Shown here one piece after another: positions 54,792 to 64,000 of a stretch of 64,000 bases of DNA. The position numbers and the translations under genes are program-made. Source of the stretch: Acidimicrobiia bacterium (lineage in GTDB: Bacteria; Actinomycetota; Acidimicrobiia; Spongiisociales; ZC4RG35); the NCBI GenBank assembly GCA_040510135.1, contig JBEVJN010000050.1, positions 33,461 to 97,460 of the forward strand. Reading direction: 5' to 3'. Numbering within the stretch: position 1 is the stretch's first letter; every line of letters starts with the position of its first letter. The notes beneath the pieces were generated by a model that did no database searches, was not told the origin of the DNA, and saw nothing but the letters and a program-made list of their open reading frames with translations.

Positions 54792-55307
54792 TCAACCTCC
54801 GACTCGATTCATCCCGGCCAACGTCTGCTGCACGTCGTCGGGTGAGACCGGCGGGTAGAAAACCATCGTGTACAGGTCGCAGCGCTCACCGGGAGCCTCG
54901 AACCAACCCGCCACCCAGGTTCCATCAGGATGAGGGCCGACCACCCCCCTGGTCCCATCGATGTGCACCGCGCCCCGATCGCCCGGCCATTCCACCGCAG
55001 GGAGAGTCCCACGAATCAGGGCGAGGGCGACGACATCATCCCGACCCCAGAGCGTTGCACTGCTCCCCGGCACCGAGGTCCACACGTCCGGCTCGATCTC
55101 CTCGGGATCCAGCACTGCCGTGCCGATGCCGATGGGGAGGAAATCGAGCTCGTAGGGCGGTGGCGGGCACTCCACCGGAGGTGCGGTCGTGCTGACGTCG
55201 AGTGTGGTGGTGGTGACCGCCATGGTGGTCGTCGTGGTGCTCGAACCGGCCTCGGAACAGGCGATGAACAGCACCAGGAGGAGAGGGAGAGAGCGCTTCA
55301 TCCGCAT
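54792..55307 (-). CDS. Lipoprotein, unknown function
   Basis: Signal peptide with lipobox MRMKRSLPLLLVLFIAC, followed by a Thr-rich linker. The upstream ORF extension is rejected. Confidence 0.7.
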   Translation of the reverse strand: MRMKRSLPLLLVLFIACSEAGSSTTTTTMAVTTTTLDVSTTAPPVECPPPPYELDFLPIGIGTAVLDPEEIEPDVWTSVPGSSATLWGRDDVVALALIRGTLPAVEWPGDRGAVHIDGTRGVVGPHPDGTWVAGWFEAPGERCDLYTMVFYPPVSPDDVQQTLAGMNRVGG

Positions 55308-55329
55308 GGCGGATGATATGACGGCAGGG

Positions 55330-56871
55330 TCAACCAGGTGAGGATCGGGGCGTCGACTTCCCGTGGAGCGCGGCGAGGTCTCTAACTGCAGGACCATGGA
55401 TCACCTTGCCCTCGACGTCAAAACGCGATCCATGACAGGGGCAATCCCAGGTCTGCTCAGCATTGTTGAACCCCACCTGGCACCCACGATGAGTGCAGAT
55501 GGGCGAAACGGCGCGAACAGCGCCGTTCTCGTCACGGAAAGCTGCGGCCTTGTGGCCGTCGATCGAGACGACATCACCCGAGCCCGCGGCCACGTGCTCC
55601 AGCCCTTTCAAGGGTGACGGGAGCACTCGACCCGTGAGCAGGCTCTTGGCGAAACCGACGCCGGCCTTGAGCAAACCGGGTGCGGAGTGCTTTAGGGCGG
55701 GCCGTTTCGAATCGAAAACCCTGGCCAGCGGATTGTCCCGCCCCATGGCCTGATCGACCATGATTGCCGCCGCGATCGTCCCGTTGGCCATACCCCACTT
55801 GGCGAAGCCGGTGGCCACGAAGACCCGGCCCGAAGAACCAAGAGGGCCCACGAATGGAAGACCATCGACGCTTCGATAGTCCTGTGCCGACCACCGATAG
55901 TCGACCTCCGTAGCCCCAAACCGGTTCTGGGACCACGATGCGAGGGCCCGATAGCGATCTTCGGTGTCCGCCTCCTGTCCCGAGGGATGGGCCTCGCCAC
56001 CCACGATTGCGTAGTCATCGGCAGCGGACCGGATGGAGCGAATCGGTCGATCGACGCTGATGTACATACCCGATGGTGGGTCATCTGGGGGTCGGAAGGC
56101 GACCGCGTATGACCTGGAGGCGGTCATTCGGGCGAAATATGCACCGGTGTCGACAAATGGGATGTGGGACGCAACAACGATCACCTCGGCGGAGACGATC
56201 CCGCGATCGGTGACCACTTCCCCCGCCTTGGCGTCGAGATCCATCGCCCTGGTTGCCTCTAAGACGGCGCCGCCGTCGGCGAGGATCCCCCGGACGAGAC
56301 CTTGGCAATACTTGCGAGGATGGAACTGCGCCTGATCCTCGAGACGGGCCGCCCCGGCGATTTCGAACGGGAGGTCTGACTCCGTTGTGAAGGAGACTTC
56401 AAGGCCTGCTCTCCGCGCCGCCTCGACCTCGGCCTCGACCTTCGCGACCCCGTCTCCGCTCTCGGAGTAGGTCAATGCCGGAGCCATTTGCAGATCGCAA
56501 TCGATGTGGTCGTGGTGGACTCGATGACGGATCATCTCTAGGCCTTCGAGGTTGGCCACCGCGTAGGCAGCCGATGTCTCATTGCCCCACCGCTCGGACA
56601 GCTCGCTGTAGGTGGTGGATTGCAGGGCGGTCACTTTGGCCGTGGTCAGCCCGGTAACTCCAGAGCAGACCCGTCGGGCCTCGATCACCGCGACAGTCAG
56701 ACCTTGCTCGCTCAGGAGGCGTGCGGCGGTTAGACCTGTGATCCCCGCCCCGATCACCAAAGCCTCGACCGTCATGTCTCCTCGGAGGACCGGGTGCTCA
56801 GGCCACTCAGAGGTCGCCATCCACAACGAGGGGTTGACCAGGCCGGAGACGTCACCGTTCGCCGACTGCAT
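55330..56871 (-). CDS. FAD-dependent oxidoreductase fused to a C-terminal Rieske [2Fe-2S] domain
   Basis: ALVIGAGITGLTAARLL dinucleotide fold and a Rieske motif CTHRGC..17 aa..CPCHGS. The start at ATG 56871 is approximate. Confidence 0.88.
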   Translation of the reverse strand: MQSANGDVSGLVNPSLWMATSEWPEHPVLRGDMTVEALVIGAGITGLTAARLLSEQGLTVAVIEARRVCSGVTGLTTAKVTALQSTTYSELSERWGNETSAAYAVANLEGLEMIRHRVHHDHIDCDLQMAPALTYSESGDGVAKVEAEVEAARRAGLEVSFTTESDLPFEIAGAARLEDQAQFHPRKYCQGLVRGILADGGAVLEATRAMDLDAKAGEVVTDRGIVSAEVIVVASHIPFVDTGAYFARMTASRSYAVAFRPPDDPPSGMYISVDRPIRSIRSAADDYAIVGGEAHPSGQEADTEDRYRALASWSQNRFGATEVDYRWSAQDYRSVDGLPFVGPLGSSGRVFVATGFAKWGMANGTIAAAIMVDQAMGRDNPLARVFDSKRPALKHSAPGLLKAGVGFAKSLLTGRVLPSPLKGLEHVAAGSGDVVSIDGHKAAAFRDENGAVRAVSPICTHRGCQVGFNNAEQTWDCPCHGSRFDVEGKVIHGPAVRDLAALHGKSTPRSSPG

Positions 56872-57010
56872 GAGGCGAAGGACATACCCGATTTCGACAA
56901 CAGGCGAAACGCCAGAGCGAACCACCTTCTCTGACCGTTGGCGTCATATCGGCTATCTTCCCGTCCGCCGGGTCCCCGTATTCGATCGGCCCGGTGCCCG
57001 GAGGGGGCAA

Positions 57011-58690
57011 GTGCCCGGTGATCGCTTCATCGAGTTGGCCACTGCCGAGGATCGGAGGGTCCTCGACATACTGTTTCGTCATGCCAGCGAGGCCGTATCC
57101 GTTCAGGACCGTTCCGGCCGTTTGCTGTACGCAAATGACGAGGCAGCCCGAATTGTCGGCTTCCGATCAGGCGCCGAGCTGGTCTCGACACCTCCAGAGG
57201 ACATCGTCGGGCGCTTTGAGATGATCGACCGAGCAGGTTTGCCGTTGGCTGTGGAGAGTCTCCCCGGAAGGAAGGTCATGGCCGGGGCGCCAGTCGCCGA
57301 GGCAGTGATCGGATATCGCCGTCCGGGCTCGCCACGAGCGCGCTGGACCCGGGTTCGGGCCAGCCCGATCAAGAACGACGCGGGGGAGGTCGTCCTGGTC
57401 ATCAACTTCTTCCAGGACATCACGTCTCAATTCCGACGCGATGAGATCCGGGAGCTTCTCTACAACGTGTACGAAGCGTTGGGCTCCTCACTGGACCGCG
57501 ACGAGAACCTGCAATCGCTGGCCAGGGCGCTGGTACCGCGAATGGGGATATGGTGCTCGGTGCATCTCCTCGAAGGCGGGATTCTCACACCGGTGGCCGT
57601 TGTCTACCCGGACGAGGACGACGCCCACAATCTCGTCCAACTGGCGGGCTCGGCCGCCCATGTCTCGGTGGACGAGGACAGACTGCAGGGAAGGGTGGCG
57701 AAGAGCGGGGAACCCGAATTGATAGGCCCAATTACCGATGAGATGCTCGAGCAGGCAGAGACCACTGAGGGCAGGGAGTTGATCGAGATCCTCCGCCGAC
57801 TCCAATTGAACTCGATCGCCTGCGTACCGATCGCGATCGGTCGACGTGTGATCGGCACCCTGACCATGGCGAGGAGCGCTCCGGACCCCGAGCTGGACCT
57901 GGCCGACGTCGACGTGCTCGGCGCAGTTGCCGATCGAGCGGCAGCAGCGCTCGAGAACGCCGGCCTCTACCAACAGCAGCGGGAGATTGCGGAGACTCTG
58001 CAAGCCGTTCTGACGCCGAAATCTCTGCCCAGAGTGCCCGGGTTCCAGGTGGCGGCTCGCTACCAGCCCCTGTCGCTGGTCGGACACGTCGGTGGCGACT
58101 TCTACGATGTCTTCCCCACAGCCGACGGTCGAACCGCCGTGTTGGTTGGCGACATCGCCGGCAAGGGTGTCGAGGCGGCGGCCGCTGTCGGACTGGCCAG
58201 GTACACCCTGAGGTCGACCATCGCCCTCGACCCGAGTCCCATCACCGTGATCACAAGGATCAACGAGTCGTTGCTCGAAGAGGAGCAAATGTGCACCCTG
58301 GCCTATGCGATCCTCGAAGATCATGGTGATCAGTCCAGACTCAGCGTGACACTCGCCGGTCACCCCCCTGCGATCGTCGTAACCGCTGACGGTGAGATGG
58401 AGCGGCTCGGAGAGCCCTGCCCCCCGGTTGGCGTCATGGCGGAAGTCATCCCCATCGAAAGGGAGCGATGGCTGGCGCCTGGTGACACGATTGTCATGTA
58501 CACCGACGGGTATGCCTTTTCCGGGATGAACCCCGCCGAGAGTGTCGAGCTGGCCCTTGCGAAGTCTGAGACCGATGACCCCGATCGACTCCTCGATCAC
58601 ATGCTCGAACTGCTCCTGGCCGACCTGGGGCCGAGAGGGCCACGAGACGACATCGCCCTCCTGGCCATGGTGGCCAACCCCACAGTTTGA
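57011..58690 (+). CDS. PAS-GAF-PP2C (SpoIIE-type) serine phosphatase, RsbU/RsbP-like
   Basis: GTG 57011 follows GAGGGGG. PAS-like region (ASEAVSVQDRSGRLLYANDEAARIVGF), a GAF-like middle, and PP2C motifs GGDFYDVF, VLVGDIAGKGVEAA and MYTDG. Confidence 0.85.
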   Translation: MPGDRFIELATAEDRRVLDILFRHASEAVSVQDRSGRLLYANDEAARIVGFRSGAELVSTPPEDIVGRFEMIDRAGLPLAVESLPGRKVMAGAPVAEAVIGYRRPGSPRARWTRVRASPIKNDAGEVVLVINFFQDITSQFRRDEIRELLYNVYEALGSSLDRDENLQSLARALVPRMGIWCSVHLLEGGILTPVAVVYPDEDDAHNLVQLAGSAAHVSVDEDRLQGRVAKSGEPELIGPITDEMLEQAETTEGRELIEILRRLQLNSIACVPIAIGRRVIGTLTMARSAPDPELDLADVDVLGAVADRAAAALENAGLYQQQREIAETLQAVLTPKSLPRVPGFQVAARYQPLSLVGHVGGDFYDVFPTADGRTAVLVGDIAGKGVEAAAAVGLARYTLRSTIALDPSPITVITRINESLLEEEQMCTLAYAILEDHGDQSRLSVTLAGHPPAIVVTADGEMERLGEPCPPVGVMAEVIPIERERWLAPGDTIVMYTDGYAFSGMNPAESVELALAKSETDDPDRLLDHMLELLLADLGPRGPRDDIALLAMVANPTV

Positions 58691-58745
58691 CCCCGCCGGG
58701 AAACGGGTAATCCGTGAGAACACGCGACCCAGGAGAACCAAGATC

Positions 58746-59342
58746 ATGAAAGACGCGCAGGTGAACGAGCTTCTCTATCAAGCCCTCGAGACGGAGCTCG
58801 GAGGGGTCAAGGTCTACGAGACCGCGATCAGATGCACCATCAACGACGACCTTCGCACCGAATGGCAGGGGTACCTCGAGGAGACTCAGAACCACGTGCG
58901 AATCGTCGGCGACGTCTTCTCCCAGTTGGATCTCGACCCGGAGGTCGAGACCACGGGTCGGGCCATCGTCCGGGCCAAGGGCGAGGCGCTGATCGCAGCC
59001 ATGGAGACCGCTCTCGAGGGCGGGGACATGAGCAACGCCCAACTCGTCGCCGCCGAATGTGTCGTCGACGCAGAGATCAAGGATCATGCCAACTGGGAAC
59101 TGATCGGGGAGATCGCCCAGGAGCTCTCCGGCGACCATGCCCGTGTCTTGCAAGCCGCCTACGAGCAGGTTGAAGAGGAGGAAGACGAGCACCTGTACCA
59201 CACCCAGGGCTGGGCGAGAGAGCTCTGGCTGGAGTCGCTAGGCCTGACGGCCGTGCTGCCCCCGCCGGAGGAGCAGAAGAAGGTAAAGACAGCGATCGGG
59301 GCATCACGTGCCAAACAGTCTCGAGAGGACTACATCGACTGA
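58746..59342 (+). CDS. Ferritin-like four-helix-bundle family protein (unassigned)
   Basis: AGGAGA RBS. Paired E..H-type helices (LETELGGVKVYE, EETQNHV, AECVVDAEIKDHANWE, EEDEHLYH). Confidence 0.65.
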   Translation: MKDAQVNELLYQALETELGGVKVYETAIRCTINDDLRTEWQGYLEETQNHVRIVGDVFSQLDLDPEVETTGRAIVRAKGEALIAAMETALEGGDMSNAQLVAAECVVDAEIKDHANWELIGEIAQELSGDHARVLQAAYEQVEEEEDEHLYHTQGWARELWLESLGLTAVLPPPEEQKKVKTAIGASRAKQSREDYID

Positions 59343-59459
59343 CGACCCGCATGGTCGCTCTCTACGAGCCCTTATGCTCGGGTTTCGCACTGTCACGACG
59401 CTAATCTTTGGTTCCCCTCCCGGTCGGAAGGGTGCCAGGTTCTCAGCAGCGTCTGCATC

Positions 59460-60401
59460 GTGACCATTCAGCAAGCCCCCCAATTCCGCCATGAGGCTTT
59501 GCCCTACGAGTCGAGCGAATTGCTCTTGGAACAGGTGACGTCGTTCCTCGGTCCTGCGCTCGACCGCGAAGAGCCCGTGCTCATCGCTGCCCGGTCGGAC
59601 ACCCTGCCCGGGTTCCAAACCGAGCTAGTCGGCCATCGCGGCCACATCGACCTGGCTCCGATGGAAGAGATCGGCCGCAACCCCGGACGGTTGATCTCCG
59701 TCTGGAGCGACTTTCTCGACCGGCATGGGGCAGAAGGTCGAACCGTGTGGGGCATCGGAGAGCCCATCTACGCCGGGCGAGACCCGCTCGAGATAGAGGA
59801 GGGCGAGGTGTACGAGCAGCTGGTGAATGGAGCATTCACCGAGCCTGAGTTCACCCTCCATCTCGGTTGCCCGTATGACACCACATCACTCCCGTCCGAT
59901 GTGGTCGACGAAATGGCGGCGTCCCATCCGTTCATCGGCAGCGGTGCCGAATCGCGGGCCAATGCGAGGTTCCTTGCCGACGGCCATGCCGAGCGCAAGT
60001 TGTCCCCTGCCCTGATCCAGGACGATGCATTCGCTACGTTCACTAAGGACAGCCTGGGCGAGATGAGGAGAGAGCTCGCTGATGCCGCGCGCCGATTCGG
60101 CGTCGAGGAGGAGCGAATCCCCGACCTGGTGCTGGCCGTCAACGAGATCGCCACCAACAGCATCCTCTACACGGGCACCGGTTCCCTGGGTGTATGGCAG
60201 GCGAGCGGACGTCTGGTCTGCGAAGTTCGAGATCTCGGCTACATCGAGGATCCACTGGTGGGCCGACGTCGACCCAAGACCTCCGAGGAGCGAGGACGCG
60301 GGATCTGGTTCGCCCACCAGGTCGCCGATCTGATCCAAATGCGGAGCAACCCTTCGGGCACGACGGTTCGCATCCTATTCGACTGCGTCTCCGAGAGCTG
60401 A
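59460..60401 (+). CDS. MEDS domain - HATPase (RsbW-like anti-sigma factor / STAS kinase) protein
   Basis: The N-terminus FRHEALPYESSELLLEQVTSFLGPALDREEPVLIAA resembles MEDS. The C-terminal region LAVNEIATNSILY..ERGRGIWFAHQVADL is GHKL-kinase-like. GTG start. Confidence 0.8.
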   Translation: MTIQQAPQFRHEALPYESSELLLEQVTSFLGPALDREEPVLIAARSDTLPGFQTELVGHRGHIDLAPMEEIGRNPGRLISVWSDFLDRHGAEGRTVWGIGEPIYAGRDPLEIEEGEVYEQLVNGAFTEPEFTLHLGCPYDTTSLPSDVVDEMAASHPFIGSGAESRANARFLADGHAERKLSPALIQDDAFATFTKDSLGEMRRELADAARRFGVEEERIPDLVLAVNEIATNSILYTGTGSLGVWQASGRLVCEVRDLGYIEDPLVGRRRPKTSEERGRGIWFAHQVADLIQMRSNPSGTTVRILFDCVSES

Positions 60402-60403
60402 CC

Positions 60404-61441
60404 TCAGAGCCAGTTTCGCCGTCTTGCGACGATGAGAGTTGCCCCGGCAACCGCGAGCATCAGGCCGATTGTCACCCAGAACATCCACGACCACTCGAAG
60501 ATGGCCACTTTGAAGTTCATTCCCATGATCCCGGCCAACGCTGCGGCGGGAAGAAGCAGGACAGAGACGATGGTGAGGCGCTTCATGATGTCATTGGTCG
60601 CCTGAGACGTCCGCGTCATGAAGATGTCGAATGAGCCGACGATCATCTCCCGCGCCGTGTCGACTGCATCGATGGCCTGTTGCAGACGTCCCTCCAGCCG
60701 CTGGTATTCGCCGGCGGCATCCGCACCGACCACTGCATCGGACCTCGGATGGCTGAGAAGTCCCAGCACCTCGCGATGAGCGCTGAGTGTGTTTCGCAGC
60801 GTTCGCACCCGCCTCCGAAAGCTCTGAAGGCGCTCGAGGAGCGCGTCCTCATCGGGGGATTTTGTGAGCAGATCCTCGTCGAGACGGTCGATATCGCTCT
60901 GGAGGCCCTCGATGATCTTGAAATAGCCGGAGAGCTGCCAGTCGAGAACGAGCGACAGGAACGTAGGGCCGTCGAGATCGCCGAGACGGGTCTCTCCGTT
61001 GAAAGGCTTGTTGAACTGGTCGACCAAGTCCAGCTCGTCCTGATGCAAGGTCACCACCCAATTCGCCCCCACGAGGCAATGCAAGGTCATCGGCTCGAGA
61101 TCGGGCTCGCTGCGAAAGCCGATCACGACGAGCTGCATGATCCCGTTGTGATGGATCAGGGCCGGCCGATCCTCATTCTCGTTCAGGCCTTGGACCAGAC
61201 TCTCGATACCCAGCTGCTCCCAGAGGGGATTCAACTCGGATGCCGATTCGAGGTCGACGTCAGCCCACAACAGCTGATCCTTGCCGGGTTCAGGGAAAGT
61301 CGATCCGATCTGGACCGGGGCATCCTCGCCGTCGCGGCTGTACATCCAGATTCGGCTGCCCGGCTCATTGGAACGAGGCTGCGGCGATCCGGTACCATCA
61401 GCCGGCATGGCGCGAGAGGTTTTGGAGTCAATGGAGGTCAC
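60404..61441 (-). CDS. corA: Magnesium/cobalt transporter CorA
   Basis: Two C-terminal TM helices with the GMN motif (LAGIMGMNFKV) and a large acidic N-terminal domain. Confidence 0.92.
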   Translation of the reverse strand: MTSIDSKTSRAMPADGTGSPQPRSNEPGSRIWMYSRDGEDAPVQIGSTFPEPGKDQLLWADVDLESASELNPLWEQLGIESLVQGLNENEDRPALIHHNGIMQLVVIGFRSEPDLEPMTLHCLVGANWVVTLHQDELDLVDQFNKPFNGETRLGDLDGPTFLSLVLDWQLSGYFKIIEGLQSDIDRLDEDLLTKSPDEDALLERLQSFRRRVRTLRNTLSAHREVLGLLSHPRSDAVVGADAAGEYQRLEGRLQQAIDAVDTAREMIVGSFDIFMTRTSQATNDIMKRLTIVSVLLLPAAALAGIMGMNFKVAIFEWSWMFWVTIGLMLAVAGATLIVARRRNWL

Positions 61442-61508
61442 TGAACTAGTGACTTACCCTCCCGCCCCGAAGCACAAACCGGGGCTGTTCGGCGGGCTCG
61501 GCTGAGTC

Positions 61509-61847
61509 ATGGTTGAGCTCGGCCCGCAATTCAATCTCGAAACCACCCGCATTGGAGGGCACCATGTGGTGGTCGTCAAGGGTGAAATCGACATCGCAAC
61601 CGCCCCGATGCTGGACAAGGCTCTCGCCAAGTTCTCCAAGAAAGAAGTGTTTCTCGATCTCCGCAAGACCGAGTTCATGGACTCGGCCGGACTCAAAGTC
61701 CTGATCACTCAAAGGTCCCGCCTCGAGGAAGCGGGCGGAGTCCTGCGATTGGTTGTGGGCGAGGGACCGGTGATGCGACTGCTGGAGCTCGCCGGGGTGC
61801 GCGATGCCTTCTCGATCCGCCCCACCATCGACTCGCCCGACGCCTAG
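61509..61847 (+). CDS. STAS-domain anti-sigma-factor antagonist (RsbV/SpoIIAA-like)
   Basis: VVVVKGEIDIATAPMLDKAL, DLRKTEFMDSAGLKVLI (conserved Ser) and LLELAGV. Confidence 0.88.
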   Translation: MVELGPQFNLETTRIGGHHVVVVKGEIDIATAPMLDKALAKFSKKEVFLDLRKTEFMDSAGLKVLITQRSRLEEAGGVLRLVVGEGPVMRLLELAGVRDAFSIRPTIDSPDA

Positions 61848-61860
61848 CCAGGAGGACGGG

Positions 61861-62304
61861 CTAGCCGGCTCGCAATCTCACGTCGAGGCCGGCTCGACGA
61901 CGCAGATGGAGCAGGGCGAGCTCAGCGCCGGAAACGCGAATTTCCTCCGGTTGACCGGAGAGAACGATGTGATGGACGCGGACCGACTTATCGTCGGCGA
62001 CGCCCACGAACAGGGTCCCCACCGGGACATCCTCTTCAGGGTCCGGTCCCGCTTCGCCTGTCGTGGCGATACCGAGGTCGGAACCGAAGCGCTCTCGCAC
62101 GGATCTCGCCATCTGGCCGGCTGCTGCGGAGGTCACGATCGGGCCGGGTTCCACTCCGAGCAGATCGGTCTTCACTTCTCTGTCATAGGCCACCAATCCG
62201 CCTTTGAACCAGTCACCGGACCCGGGCGTGCCCACGATGCGAGCCATGACCAACCCGCCGGTGCACGATTCGGCGATGGCGACGCTGGGAATTGAAATCG
62301 ACAT
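61861..62304 (-). CDS. CinA-family nicotinamide-nucleotide amidohydrolase domain protein (PncC-like)
   Basis: AESCTGGL motif and GLVAYDREVK. Start taken at ATG 62304. Confidence 0.85.
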   Translation of the reverse strand: MSISIPSVAIAESCTGGLVMARIVGTPGSGDWFKGGLVAYDREVKTDLLGVEPGPIVTSAAAGQMARSVRERFGSDLGIATTGEAGPDPEEDVPVGTLFVGVADDKSVRVHHIVLSGQPEEIRVSGAELALLHLRRRAGLDVRLRAG

Positions 62305-62428
62305 CACGCACATCTTCTCCCGTGTCGGCGATCCGGAAACCAGGCGGTTTCCTCGTCAGCACGAAGTGGTAAGTGCATGTCGAAACATGAAGGCTCGATG
62401 CCTTCGACGCCAGGAAAAGGAGTGCGTC

Positions 62429-62641
62429 ATGCAGGATCCCACACAGATGAAGTGGGAAGGTCGTTGGGACCAGCTCAAGGGCAAGGCCCGGCAGGTCTGG
62501 GGCGATCTGACCGATGATGATCTCGATGTTGCCGAGGGCAACTACGAGGAGTTCGTCGGTCGCTTCATGGAGAAGACCGGTGAGTCTGCTGAGCAGATCC
62601 GCCAGCGTCTGGAAGAGGACTACGTCGATTCGGAATTCTGA
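62429..62641 (+). CDS. CsbD-family general stress protein
   Basis: AAAAGGAG RBS. The 70-aa sequence WDQLKGKARQVWGDLTDDDLDVAEGNYEEFVGRFMEKTG is typical of CsbD. Confidence 0.88.
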   Translation: MQDPTQMKWEGRWDQLKGKARQVWGDLTDDDLDVAEGNYEEFVGRFMEKTGESAEQIRQRLEEDYVDSEF

Positions 62642-62663
62642 GTCGACCTGAGACCTGAGTCGG

Positions 62664-62683
62664 AGCCACCCGCAAGGGTGGCT
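62664..62683 (+). terminator. Hairpin AGCCACCC-GCAA-GGGTGGCT after csbD
   Basis: Perfect 8-bp stem with a GCAA tetraloop, 22 nt after the stop. The T-tract is weak, as is common at high GC. Confidence 0.55.
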
Positions 62684-62728
62684 TCGGCGGTTCTCGGGTC
62701 ACATGCTGATAACCGATAGGAGCAAACA

Positions 62729-63157
62729 ATGAGAAAAAGAGCCACATCGATCGCCTTGGCCGGGCTGCTCGCCCTGGCGGCGTGTTCCGATACGACCGGG
62801 AGCACCACCTCCGAAGCGCTGACCGGCACGACCCTGACCGGCACATCCGGAGGGACCGGCGCATCCTCCGATGCCCTCGCTGCTGTCGCCGCGTTCCAGG
62901 AAGACATCCAGACATTGTCAGATGCCATCTCCGAGTCGGATTCTGGCGAGGAGCTCAGGTCGGCCTGGGACACGCTGAACGCCGAGCTCACCGCCTCCGT
63001 CGAGTCGATTCGCGAGGACGGAGCAATCGCCCGAGATGAAATCGAGGCGAGTCTGGACGCGTTCGAGCAGGAGCTGGACGAGATCGAGGTCAGCGACGAC
63101 GTCCGCACCGCATGGGACGAGCTTCGGACCAACCTCGAGCAGTTGATGACTAACTGA
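62729..63157 (+). CDS. Lipoprotein, helical, unknown function
   Basis: Lipobox ALAGLLALAAC, a Thr/Ser linker, then acidic helical repeats. Confidence 0.7.
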   Translation: MRKRATSIALAGLLALAACSDTTGSTTSEALTGTTLTGTSGGTGASSDALAAVAAFQEDIQTLSDAISESDSGEELRSAWDTLNAELTASVESIREDGAIARDEIEASLDAFEQELDEIEVSDDVRTAWDELRTNLEQLMTN

Positions 63158-64000
63158 CCTTCACGGCTGGCACGCTCGCCGGCTCCACGTCCTTGCGGAC
63201 CGCGAGCCAGGCGAGCGCCACCATCACCAGGCCATAGATCACAAGGGCCCCGGTAACCACTAGCCCCGCCGGTTGTCCCCGAAAGATCACGTTGTGGAGC
63301 CCGCTGATCCCGAAGGTTCCGGGCACCAGATACGAGACCCAACGGACGGGTACGGTGAGTTGGTCGAGGGGTAGGACAAAGCCGGTGAAGAAGATCGACA
63401 CCAGCAGTACCACCATCGAGTACTGGACGGCCTGACTGTCGGTCTTGGCCAAACCCGAAATCGCGAACCCGAGGCCCAATGAAGCGAAGATCACCAGAGA
63501 GACGGTGAGGGCCAGAGACCACACGGGTCCCTGCACCTCGACACCGAGCAAGAGCATGCTGGCCGTGAGGCCGGCGGCGAGGGCCAGACCGAGCACCAGA
63601 AACGACAGATACTTGCCCGTCATCGCTTCTCTGACCGTTAGGGGAGACACCCGGAACATCTCGGTAATCCCCAGTTGCCGCTCTCGCACCAGGGACAGCG
63701 CGGCGAAGGTGAGAGAGAGGTGCTGGACCAGCAAGATCAAGACTCCGGGGGCGTAGTACGCCGCCTGTGACGGGGGTGGTTCCGTCACCGGGCTGGTCTC
63801 TACGGTGAAAGGATTGACCAGCAGGCCCGGGTCGGCGTCGGGCACCTCCTCCAGAGCATCGGCCAGCGGGCCCTCGGCCTGGCTCAGCTCGATGCGGGCC
63901 TGCTCCACCACGGCGGTGAGCACTTCCTGGTTGATCTGATTGACCGAGAGGCGGGCGAGCAGATCGATGCTGCCCGTGATGACCGGATCGATCTCGGCGT
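63150..64000 (-). CDS. ABC-2 type transporter permease, 5' end outside the window
   Basis: The reading frame stays open to position 64000. The C-terminal half has five hydrophobic spans typical of ABC-2 permeases with a large N-terminal loop. Confidence 0.8.
   Translation of the reverse strand, partial: AEIDPVITGSIDLLARLSVNQINQEVLTAVVEQARIELSQAEGPLADALEEVPDADPGLLVNPFTVETSPVTEPPPSQAAYYAPGVLILLVQHLSLTFAALSLVRERQLGITEMFRVSPLTVREAMTGKYLSFLVLGLALAAGLTASMLLLGVEVQGPVWSLALTVSLVIFASLGLGFAISGLAKTDSQAVQYSMVVLLVSIFFTGFVLPLDQLTVPVRWVSYLVPGTFGISGLHNVIFRGQPAGLVVTGALVIYGLVMVALAWLAVRKDVEPASVPAVKVS

Noticed and set aside
56612-57010. 133-codon extension upstream of the PAS-GAF-PP2C gene.
   Set aside because: It runs antisense through the 5' end of the FAD-Rieske gene and has no domain content. 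GTG 57011 has a GAGGGGG RBS.
1-64000. Search for CRISPR arrays, transposases/integrases, prophage or plasmid genes, tRNA/rRNA genes, and restriction or known defence-system genes.
   Set aside because: None was recognised. There are no direct-repeat arrays, no tRNA-like T-loop motifs in the gaps and no recombinase-like ORFs. The window reads as core chromosome. The STAND and methyltransferase genes lack the usual defence-island context.

Overview
This 64-kb window is a high-GC, gene-dense stretch that looks like core chromosome of an Actinomycetota bacterium. The dnaK-grpE-dnaJ-hspR operon, many 4-nt start/stop overlaps and frequent GTG/TTG starts fit that assignment. I saw no rRNA, tRNA, CRISPR array, transposase, integrase or prophage signature.

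Well-supported content:
- A complete trpE-G-D-C-F-B-A operon with a DAHP synthase as eighth cistron. It is preceded by a Trp-rich leader peptide and an attenuator.
- An extended dnaK operon that runs on into mscL.
- Transketolase, a heterodimeric ABC exporter, a DrrAB-like ABC-2 pair, and a GAF histidine kinase with a NarL-type regulator.
- Two ECF sigma factors, two class III nucleotide cyclases and a dispersed partner-switching set (PAS-GAF-PP2C, MEDS-kinase, STAS).
- An orphan SPPY DNA methyltransferase.

Candidates for undescribed biology, best first:
1. An ECF sigma translationally coupled to an Ogt-type alkyltransferase that ends in an Ada-type Cys4 zinc domain. This may be an alkylation-sensing sigma module.
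2. A codon-registered 90-nt antisense overlap between a short STAS gene and the 3' end of a SnoaL-tailed sigma gene.
3. A PadR / HAAS(DUF1700)-TM-NfeD fusion / SPFH module just downstream of mscL.
4. A dienelactone hydrolase, a cyclase-STAND-TPR protein and a Zn-ribbon micro-ORF forming one unit, divergent from two kinase-less membrane sensor paralogues.
5. A sepiapterin-reductase-like SDR coupled to a divergent QueA-like gene.

All family assignments come from reading motifs by eye. No database search was run. Most long alternative-frame ORFs in the track are high-GC artefacts.
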